64,000 nt of DNA, taken from contig OZ316896.1 in assembly GCA_973895155.1 (NCBI GenBank), positions 744,001 to 808,000 of the forward strand. Reading direction: 5' to 3'. A program made the position numbers and the translations under genes. The notes under the pieces were generated by a model that worked only from the letters and a program-made list of their open reading frames with translations, did no database searches and had not been told where the DNA came from. Positions 12,659-22,798 of the stretch are shown in pieces. The DNA is from Marsupella aquatica. Taxonomy: Eukaryota > Plantae > Marchantiophyta. The stretch's first letter is position 1. Each line of letters opens with the position of its first letter.

Positions 12659-14147
12659 GAAAGGTATTTCTTGCAGGATCTCGAGCAGTCGATCTATTTG
12701 TAGGTGGCGTAGGGGTCAGCTCGCATTCCCAGTTACGCTTGATATACTATCAACTTGGTCACAAACATGGTAGAGGGACCAATCTTGATCTCCCAACCAT
12801 GTTTGTGGCCATATTGATGCTACCGAGCAACGATTCGTTTCATTTTGGATGCTGACGTCTAGGGTGGTCTGAGAGGTCTTGGCCGATTCTTTGTTAACCT
12901 TCTTGATACTTCGAAGCCTCCCGATCAATCCGAGGACCCCAGATCTTTTATGACAATCCTCGTGGATGAAGATTCGTGTTTTTGTTCTCGCAAGAAGCTT
13001 TGCAATCGAAGCCTCAGTAGGTAGTAGATACGCATGAAATCTTGTTTCGATCGCTAACGAGTTTTTTATGTCTTCTCGTGTTCGTAACCGGACTGAGATG
13101 TGAACTTTGATTTCGACAATAGAACTCAGCTGATCGGATGATTAATGTTCAGAAGATGGGATGTTGTTACTCCGAGACTCTTGACGAGAGGTGAGGTGAG
13201 GTGATGGTGTAGTCTTCGGCCGGCATAGACATAGAGGGTTTGTTGATCTATCCAATCGCAAGCATGCCCGTGAGAAGGGATCCACTAGCGCAACCGGCTG
13301 GACGGTCGATGGGAGATCCGATCGACTTACACCACTTGAGATGGTCTCAGATCAAAAGACCTCCGGTCGTTCTAGTTCCCCTCAGTGTCTTCCAGAGTTT
13401 ATGGTTTGTAGTCTTTGAATTCTGTTTCTCAAGAACAACTTTTCGTTTCAATACTTCCAACTGAGGTTGGTTGTCCCGTATCTAGCAGGCTAGTCTCCCA
13501 CTCACGAGTGTCGTACTTCTAACTAAATTTGGATGTCCTGGATAGTGTGACCGGCTCCTTTAGTCGCCTTCCAAGCATCGAGTTTCCACATGTCTCCCAG
13601 TCCCACAGTTCACAAGTATCAATACTTCTAACTGAATGTGGCTGGCAGGGGTTCCTGAAGCTACCTTCGACCATTGTAGTCAACAAGTCACGGGGTCATA
13701 CTTGTACAGTTCTACTTGCCTCCAGCCATGTAAGATATACTAGTCCCTACGCAACAGAAACCCCACTGCTGGGGAACCCGGGGCTCTGTTTGAATACTGT
13801 AGCATTCTCCCTTGAAGCCTTTGAGTTGGCTTCTTTTGACCCTTTTAACTAAGTAGTTTGTTGGATTGAATCAACAGTACAAACGACCAACCTGAAAACT
13901 AACAATATCCGTGAAGTGAAAGACGGAGAAACTTGCCGAATGGAACTTCAAAGCCAAGAATCGGAGCACAGAACAAATATATCCTATTTACGTATACAGA
14001 CAATCGGGACTTGAAACTTGGATACCATCGTACGTTTGTGTATGAAGATCGTAACTCCTTGAATTCTGCAAGACCCAAAACCTGCTATTTCTTATTAATG
14101 GCTTGAAAATGACCTGGATTCTAGCAAAGTCACTGCATATTCTGTGT

Positions 14148-14357
14148 AATCTACTAAACCAAAACGCGCTGTCCAGGTCACTGGTTCGTAGACCATTGTT
14201 GGCAACTATCATGTCAGCACCCTAAACTACTTTGCCACTAAATGCTACTTACAGAATCTACTAAACCAAAACGCGCTGTCCAGGTCACTGGTTCGTAGAC
14301 CATTGTTGGCAACTATCATGTCAGCACCCTAAACTACTTTGCCACTAAATGCTACTT
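14148..14357. repeat. Exact tandem duplication of 103 bp (period 107)
   Basis: aatctactaaaccaaaacgcg...ccactaaatgctactt occurs at 14148-14250 and 14255-14357, separated by acag. Confidence 0.95.
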
Positions 14358-15234
14358 TTGTCCTGGCCGTCCACGATAGACTCCGTGCCACATCGAAAAT
14401 GGGGGAAAATTGCATGCAACGAAAAACGCTCAAAATTGTCAAATTGTGTCGAGCACTCATAAGAATGACAAATTGCTTGATGTTTTCATTCTAGACAAGT
14501 TGACAATTCGTAAATTTCAGCGATCCACAGGCAAAATGCCCAATTCACAACTGAATCACTCCTGACCACTGCCGAGAAAGAACCCATATTATTGCAGCCA
14601 GTCACGAAAAGTGACCTCGAGGAACCACAAATAGATATTTCATAAACTTTGCTGCTGTCTTTTCTGGATAAAGGGAAACCCTGGTACAATTTTTCGGACA
14701 CCGAAAATAGCTCCGTTCCATTCCAAAGCAATTGGAGCGACAGCTGTCAAGTAACAACTCCACGCAATTTCTGTTGTCACCATTTCTTTCCATAATTTGT
14801 TACTTTACATTGTCAAGTACGAAACACGATTCCGACCAGCCAAGCGGTGTCAACCAGCCATCATCAAACAGCTTATAACTGCTCTGAGAAAACTTGTGTC
14901 GACCATCTGTGGGCCTGATTGTCTGGGTCCTTTGACCAAAAACATAACTGCTTCAGCACAAGTCTATTGAGCTACCTACGATAATACCATCTACATGAGA
15001 GGTAACAGCTCTGACATCGACAGTACATGTGTCACCTAAAAGTTGGACCCTTCAAAATTGTCTCTCATTCTATATTCCTTTGAAACACACCAACCAGGTT
15101 GAAAGAGTCAAGGACTCCCTCCAGAGTTGGCTCTCCACTAAATCTTGAACTTCTTTTTGTATGAACCTATCCCAAGTCACAACCGATAGACTATATGCAG
15201 GCCGTCACTACACCTACAGGCTGAATTTAGATAC

Positions 15235-18200
15235 TCAGTAAGGACGATAGCGCCGCCCACTGCCACTGGATCCCCCACCTGCACTACTTCCACTCCCAGG
15301 TCTGTATGGAAGTAGACCATGACCACCCCTGCCCCCTCTATATGAGGCTGAACCGCCTTGTTGTATACCTGGTTGCTGCCTGTACATTCAACAACATACA
15401 ATGAGACAAGATCAATTTGGACCGTGCAAATAAACCGATAAGTCTCTTCTCCTAGTGCTCGTAACCTTTCCTTTCAAATCCACACCAAAAGAGCTGTCTG
15501 AGTTTATACTCACAATACATATCCCACACGGCCGTCAGGAAGAAGCATGGGAACCATCGTCATGCCTGCTGGGGCAGGTCCTCGTCCATAAATGACAGGC
15601 TGCAATGAGAAACCAAAAAAGATGTGAAAAGTTTGAACAAACCAAGGAATCACCAGTTTTGACAAGCTTCCAAAAACATGTCCCGAAAAACAAGTAAAGA
15701 CTACGAAGGTCTAGTGTAGCCACCAAAGAGTAAAGCATCAATTTCACCCACCTGATTATAACCCCTGGATGGACCGTATCCGCTTACACCACCATAAAGA
15801 TCTCCACCGTAGCCGTAACTTCCTCGCGCTTGGTACTGAGGCAAAAGTCCAGCTCTTTGGGGAGGATAGGCAGGTTCAAGTCCCAAGGGCCTCTTCTCAG
15901 TTGGTGGCTTTGCTAACGATGTCTCAAGCACCCGGCCTACAGTCAATACCACACAATTGCATTGATTCAATGTGGAGCGGTTTGCCAGCTTGCAAAAACA
16001 GAGCAAACTACCAATTATAAGGCCCCATCACAAGGAAAGTATAGAACCATGCTTTTGACAGATATTGATGAAGCTCCTACCATCCAGTTCATATGTCTCT
16101 GTCTTTTCAATTGCTTTGAGAGCACTGCTTCTGTCACTGAAATGTACAAATCCAAAGTCCCGCTTTGATTGCCCAGGTTTGGAGGATGGCAAAACAACTT
16201 TGGTAACTTCTCCGTGATGCTCGAATATCTTCTGCAACTGGTCTTCCGTCACTGTGTCTGGAAGGTTGCGCACATAAACAACCTTGACCTGGACAGAAGG
16301 AGATAAGATGTTAGAATTCGAGAAATATCATATAGGATTCCGACTTTTTGAAATTCGCAACCTGCACCCAGTCCAAAATAGAAGGCTTTGTGGTCGAAGA
16401 GAACTAAAAACGTTGTCGTGCAAGAGTTTAGGTCAATGCAAAAATAAGCCATTCAGTTCTCCATCGGTTAACCCAACAGCCAAAGACTTCTGTCGAAATT
16501 TAAAGCAAAAGGGAAGGTTCGGTAACCTGCGACATTGAAGTAGCATCAGCTCCACCTCGAGGATCTGCCCAGCTTATTGTAGGAGCGTTGCTGCCCAGCC
16601 GAAAATTAGGCTTTGACATGACCCTTCTGGCGTGCTCAGCACAGGCGTGATTATAGTACTCCACAAAAGCAAATCCTCTATTCTTTCCTGGGTTCTTGGG
16701 GTCCTGCGGATAACCAATCCGAGCTTCAACAAATGCATTGCCAACCCGAAAAAAAAGGGACTCAAAACAATTGAGAATATGAAATTTTACTTTAAACCGG
16801 AATTGGCAGATGAACGAGGTCTGTTCGCAATTCAACTTCTATATTCATGAATACTGGCGTAATTTTCCGAAGCATTAACGTTTATGTATGGCACAGAGCA
16901 TCAAAACATGAAGTCTGGGCCAAAGAATCTACCTTCAGAAGCTCAACACTCTGAATACCGGGCCCTTGCTCAGCGAGAATCTTCTCCAGCTCATCCTTAT
17001 CCCAGTGCTTTGGAATATTACCAACAAACAACCTATGCTTTGACTGAGAATGAGAGAATCGCAATTTTCGCCCCTGGAAACCATATAACAGACATGATCA
17101 ACGAAAGTAAGCTATAATGAAAATCGCTGTGCTACCCATTTTTCAATGACAACACAGACCACTTTGTGCTCTGTCTGCAATTTAACAAGATATTATGGTA
17201 AGCAGCATTCATACAAGCTGACAAAACAATGAGAAGTTCAAATACTGTAGCTTGACTATATCAGATGGTTACTTAACGCTATGAAGTAAGACAATGAGTA
17301 GATGAGCATTTTAAAACATGCAGCCGGCATTGCTTCGTACACAACATATTTGCCTCAGAGGTTCAGAGCACTCTACTCCAATCACATCTTAGCTTACCTT
17401 TAGATCCGTATCATTCAGAGACTCAATAGCCTTCTCTGCACTTTCTCTAGTTGTGAACGTGACAAAAGCATATCCCTTATTCTGGCCTGTATCTTTGTCC
17501 TTCAGAAGCCGAACCTGCAACAAAAGTAGCTAGAGATAAGATGAAAGCACTAGTTTTCAAACACAAACGAAAGGCATCAGCATGCTACTAAACTGTCATT
17601 GGTCATTTACGACGTGATATTTAAGATATCACAACACAAATCTCCTTGATGGTCCTCTACTCTATCATACAGCTTGACTGTCAAGGATTATGTCTCGTTT
17701 TCTATAGCGGAGTCCATGCAAGCCATAAGATATATGACCAAGCGGGGACATAATTTTTTAACGGAACGAACATCCAGCTCAGACACAAAGATAACAGACT
17801 ACTGATATCATTGATATTAGTCATTTCTGGGAGTAGGGTCCAAATGCTTCAATGGCGTACCTCATATATGTCACCAGAGCTTTGACACAGGTTTCTAAGA
17901 TCCTCTTCTGTTGTATCTCGAGTGATTCCACCGACAAACACTTCTGATCCATGAGGAGGACGTGTCAGTAGCTCACCGCCTTTCTCTCCATCCTTCTCTT
18001 CCTTTCCTGCCTCAACAGGTTCAATTTCCTTCACAAGATCCTCATCCTCGACAGCATCTACAGCATCCCCAGCGTCTTCCTCCTCCTCCTCTTCTTCCTC
18101 TTCGTCGTGTTCTCCATTCGGAACACCATCCTCTTGATCTGCTTCTGGTTCATCTTGATAGCCTATTGTCTCTTCATCATGCATGTCAAGGTCAAGCCCT

Positions 18201-18346
18201 TCCTGACCTTCCCGCTTCTCTTCATCTTCAACATCGACAGCTCCGTCAACATCTTCATCTTCTGGGTCAACGTCACCGTCAATGTCAACCTGCTCTTCGT
18301 CGTGGTCGCTCTGAAGGACCTCCGGAGAGGCTGAGTCATCGGCCAT
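15235..18346 (-). CDS. LIF2: hnRNP Q/R-like RNA-binding protein (acidic N-terminus, 3 RRMs; LIF2-like), 8 coding exons
   Basis: ATG at 18346 (MADDSASPEV). Exons are approximately 18346-17861, 17514-17398, 17073-16933, 16704-16527, 16288-16080, 15937-15751, 15599-15514 and 15379-15235. Motifs: PPHGSEVFVGGI, KGYAFVTF, RLFVGNIP, NRGFAFVEYYNHACA, APTISWADP, VYVRNLP, RDFGFVHF and MVPMLLPDGRVGYVLQQPG. The C-terminus GRRYRPY* is PY-NLS-like. Orthology to LIF2 rather than its paralogues was not tested. Confidence 0.92.
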
Positions 18347-18388
18347 AACCCTTACAGAATCTCCTCCTCCGGTACGCAGGGACCTCAC

Positions 18389-20650
18389 CTACGAGCTTGA
18401 AGTGCAGCTGTGGAGTAGGAGAAGGAAACAGGAGCATGTGCGGAGAAAAGGGCACAAGTGTAGGAAAACGAGGACAGAGGAAAGGGCACCAGAAGGTGCT
18501 GCAGAGTGAGAATCTTGGAAAAGCTTTGAGGGCCATGAGATAAGATATATGAGATATGCTTCCTGGGCGCATTTGAAATATCTGAATGGATGAGGGAGTA
18601 AACTACACTGTGAAAAGGAATCAGCTGAAAGAGGCCCTCAAGCAGCAATGTGTAGAACAAAAGCCTTGTGTAAGTGAGATTAAAGAGGATGCCCCACATG
18701 TGCACAAAGAACACAAGCATTATTCACTGTTAAGTTGTGTACTCATAAGCTGCCCCTCACAAGTTGTTCGACCATCTATACTGCTCTCTTCTCACATAGC
18801 GTAAACTTGCAGAAAGGGATACAAGACTCAGTCAAGTGACGAGGCACGTAAGGGAATCCACCCACATCCAAATCCGCTGCGGGGACACGTTCTGAACGAA
18901 ACCTCGAGCAGCAATTAAATACAGGAAATCGGCACGCGCATGTCGCGCCATGATTTAAAGACATCTCCGACACAGAGAGTTCGTTTCAAAAGTTGAGAAC
19001 GACAAAGTCAAAGATCCCACACCACAGCCTAGACGTACAATTTTCATTCTAGATAAAAGACGGGGTACCTACAATGCCATGTGAAAATTGCCATCCATGA
19101 ATTAGCCAAGAATCAACCAAGGTACTCTCACCAACCGGGGAAAAAATTGTTTAAATACAATGGATAACTCACATTTCCAGGCGGCTCACGTATAAGTGAA
19201 AGACGATTACCATCCATGACGGTGGCAATTGGACGGAAATGCGGTGATCGAGCAGAAACGGAGTTGTTTATAAGACCAGACTTACAATTAACCGCCGCGA
19301 GCCTAAGCGTCAGAGCAATGGCAAACACAAACGGACGGCTCTGAGTCCTTTAATTGCAGGTGTGGCTAAACAAACCAAACAGAAGGAAAGGTGTCGCCCA
19401 GCCAGATCGACGGAAACAGACTTTCAGCCATGGCGACACAAACAAGAGTCCAAATTTCACCTCTTTGGGAGAGGAAGAAACGGGCTAAAGAGAGCGCACA
19501 AAACATAAGTGAAACTTTACTGTCCACGGGAACGGACAGAAAACATAGGTTACACAGAATCTCGAACGCAAGGAAGACCAGGCGGTCAGGGAGCGCAAAG
19601 ACCCAATGGATCAAACGTACGAAGAGTCATCTTCATATATCTCGCGATAGACTCGCATTGCACAATTTGAACAACCGCTTCAACGCTCGTCTACGGCTAC
19701 ATACCGCAGGAACGCATTACTTCTCCTCCTCCACCGTCAATCAGACGACAACCTAGCAAGAATGGAACTACCAAAGCTCCAAAACTACAGCAAAACTAGA
19801 ATCCACAGAATCTGGAAATTAGCGGGGTTTCTTAGAATGCTTTGAAGCCTCAATCAGGCCCCAAGCATCGACGCCTCCACAGTAGGGTGCAACGCATTTC
19901 CGTTAACAACGGTCCAACAAGGGTTTAAAACAGACAATGACCTAAACATAAACGGCAAGACCGATGCTACCAACTAACAAACACATTTATCGACCAATCA
20001 CTCAAGCAATCCACGCGAATTCAAACGATCCAGTCGAACGCACTACGTCAGCAGCGGAGAATGATTCTCCCGGGTAATGCTAACAGGTCCAATCACTAGA
20101 CCCGCGACAGCAGGACAATATTTGAGGGGATGGAACCGAAAGAAGAGACGAAACAAGGGCAGGAAAGAACATAACCGACAGAGGACACGCTCACCAACGC
20201 ACACACACACCTCCCATCGAAATCCGAATCCACTTCCACAGCAATCGAACCAGGGAGGGCGAAGCAATGAATCGCAGACAGATAAAAGGGCATAAACAAC
20301 CGACCAAACCGACCAAATCCAATCGTGCATGCAACAACCCCGGCGGACTCCGCAGACCTAATTGAGACACAAAACAGTAGTGGCCTTGGGACGAAGAAGA
20401 AGCAGCAGCAGACGAAGAAGGAGAACAACGAGCACAACCCAAAGAAAAGGGAGGCAAGAATTTCTCAAGAAATACCTTGCCGCGCGCGCCTTCGTGTTCG
20501 CTACAGCTCGATTGTCGTTGGAGAGTCTTCGACCGCAAGAGCAAAAGCACTTCCTCTCCTCTCCCCTCCTCTCCTTTCCTTTCCTTTCCTCTCGACTCCT
20601 CTCGTCTTCGTCTTCGCGCACGAAACGCTCAAAGTTCTTTCGTCCACGAG
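18389..20650 (-). promoter_or_regulatory. Long intron-containing 5' leader of the hnRNP Q-like gene
   Basis: A GA-rich, AUG-free first exon spans ~20650-20476 with donor AAG|GTATTT at 20475. A polypyrimidine tract and acceptors lie at 18408 (CAG) and 18389 (TAG). The TSS is inferred. Confidence 0.55.
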
Positions 20651-20725
20651 AGAAACAAATTGTCGGTGTACTACTGTAGTGCGAGTGTCGTCTGCGACCG
20701 ACTTGACGATCGTCCCCAACGAAGA

Positions 20726-20790
20726 GGGGAGTGGGGGCAGGGGCAGGGGCAGGGGCAGGGCAGGGGCAAGGCAGGGACAGGGGTAGGGGC
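20726..20790 (+). repeat. (GGGGCA)n G-rich repeat, potential G-quadruplex at the hnRNP Q-like promoter
   Basis: The sequence ggggagtgggggcaggggcaggggcaggggcagggcaggggc...ggggtaggggc has more than four G3+ runs with short loops. Confidence 0.7.
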
Positions 20791-20792
20791 GA

Positions 20793-22260
20793 AGGCGAGT
20801 CGGTTATAAGAAAATTGGTGGGGAGCGATAAGGCCTCTTGTTAGAGTCAGGTTCAAATGCTGGTGTTGAGTCAGTTAACATTGTGGGGTGTGATAACTTC
20901 TCGTGCGCCCCGGGTTCAAATCCTGGCCTGGAATTTTATTAGGGTAGGATTTGTTTGAAACCATTCAAATTATCAAAAACTAGAAGGGTGGTGTTGTGTG
21001 GTTGGTTACTTTCGTGGACACGAAAAGTAGGTTAAGGAAATTGGTGGGGAGTGATAACGCCTCCTGTTAGAGTCAGGTTCAAATGATGGTGTTGGATTTG
21101 AGGGCGAGTCAGTTAACATTGTGGGATGCGATAACTTCTCGTGCGCCCCGGGCTCGAATCCTGGCCTTTGGAATTCATATTAGGGTAGGGTTTGTTTGAA
21201 ACCATTCAAATTATGGAAAACTCCAAGTGTGATGTTGTATAGTTGGTTACTTTTGTGGACACTAAAGGTAGGTTAAGAAATTGGTGGGGAGTGATAACGC
21301 CTCCTATTAGCGTCAGGTTCAGATCCTGGTTTTGGGGTTGAAGGCGAGTCTGTTAACGCTTTGTGGAGTGCGACTTGTCAGCCCCAGGTTCAAATCCTGG
21401 CATTTACGTCTTGGATTTCATAATTGGGGGTGATGTGCTGTAGTTGGTTACTGTTATGGACATATATAGTCAAAAGTTAGGGTCAGGTTCCAATGCTGGA
21501 GTTGGGGTTGAAGGCAAGTAGGTTAACGCTTTGTGGTGTGCAATAAGAAGTCGTGAGTCCCAGGTTCAAATCCTGGCGTTTCCGTCTTGGACATTATATT
21601 TAGGGGTGCTGTGGCGTAGTTGGCTGGTTGAACCACACCTGTTTCTATAAAAGCCCTGTTCACCTTCTCACTACTCCTCATTCCTGTCTTCTAGTGAAGA
21701 GTGTCTCACCATAAAAGGTGGAGCAATCACTACCTTTTGTGAAGCTCAAGCCCATTCCTAGGTTCAAATCCTGGCGGTTCCATCTTTGAAATAATATTTA
21801 GGGGTGAGGTGACATAGTTGGCTAGCTTTATGGACATAAAAGTTGGTTGAACCCTACCTGTCTATATAAAAGGCCTGTTCACCTTCTCACTACTCGTCAT
21901 TCCTGTTTTCTAGTGAAGAGCGTCTCACCATAAAAGGTGGAGCAATCATTACCTTTTGTGAAGCTCAAGCCCATTCTTAAAAGTGTGCACTTTACAATAA
22001 GAGCTACAGGTACACAATAGTTCTTTCTAGGTGCACTTGTGATTTAATAAAATTGGTGGGGAGTGATGATGCCTCTTGGTAGCGTCAGCTTCAAATGCTG
22101 GTGTTGGTGTTGACGGCAAGTCAGTTAACACATTGTGGGGTGCGATAACTGGTCATGAGCCACTGGTTCAAATCCTGGCATTTACGTCCTAGAGTTCATA
22201 ACGGGATTCATAATTGAGGGTGATGTGGTGTAGTGGGTTACTTTTATGGACACAACAAGT
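20793..22260 (+). repeat. Complex tandem array of tRNA-derived (A-box/B-box, T-arm) modules
   Basis: Units of ~235 bp start with aaattggtggggag at ~20812, 21038, 21278 and 22050. Eleven GGTTCRAAT-like B-box/T-loop motifs lie at ~20850, 20913, 21076, 21151, 21316, 21387, 21486, 21563, 21761, 22088 and 22165. A-box-like motifs are gtgtagttggtta and ggcgagtcagtta. A second ~135-bp module is duplicated at 21625-21758 and 21844-21977. Confidence 0.85.
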
Positions 22261-22455
22261 TATGGAGTGCCAATTCATAATCTGTAACTTTTCTCTCTTT
22301 TTCAATTTATTTTTCTTTGATGTTGTGTGAAGCCCATGGATGGGGGAACCAACAGGCCTGTGCAAGCAAAGCAACACCCTGAGTGGCTAGCTTGAATGGC
22401 ACTTGATCAGTTACCTGCTGGTAATGAGCTAGACAAGTGGGAATGTTCTTATTAT

Positions 22456-22798
22456 TGTTGAACGAAGACGTCATTCGCAACGATCATACAACCATGACTC
22501 ATTCCATGCACACGTAGTCGACACATCTCTACGTGGTTCACCTCTTCTCCAAGGCTACGTCCACACGAACACTCAAGCTTTACTTCAAGAGTAGACAAAC
22601 ACACATGTTCTCCCTCTTCCTCAAGTTGCTCCGTTACAATGAGTAAGCACCACACGCCAGCGGCTTACACTAGCCCTGGTATATACAAGGTCACACACGA
22701 CTAACCTAACCTCAGCTAAGACCCTAACTGTGGTTAGCCTAAGTGTCGTCTCAAGTGTCGTAACCTTTGAGTCACAAGACTAAGAGCAATCCTTAACA
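22456..22798 (-). mobile_element. Solo LTR (343 bp) with 5-bp target-site duplication
   Basis: It begins TGTT (22456) and ends AACA (22798), flanked on both sides by ATTAT (22451-22455 and 22799-22803). A TATA-like gtatatacc lies inside. Orientation and a Copia-like size class are inferred. Confidence 0.8.

Noticed and set aside
20860-22180. Functional tRNA genes (e.g. tRNA-His GUG) in the array
   Set aside because: T-arms are present, but acceptor and anticodon stems cannot be formed consistently. Reported as tRNA-derived repeats instead.
20793-22260. CRISPR-like repeat-spacer array
   Set aside because: The intervening sequences are homologous to each other rather than unique spacers, the context is eukaryotic, and there are no cas genes.
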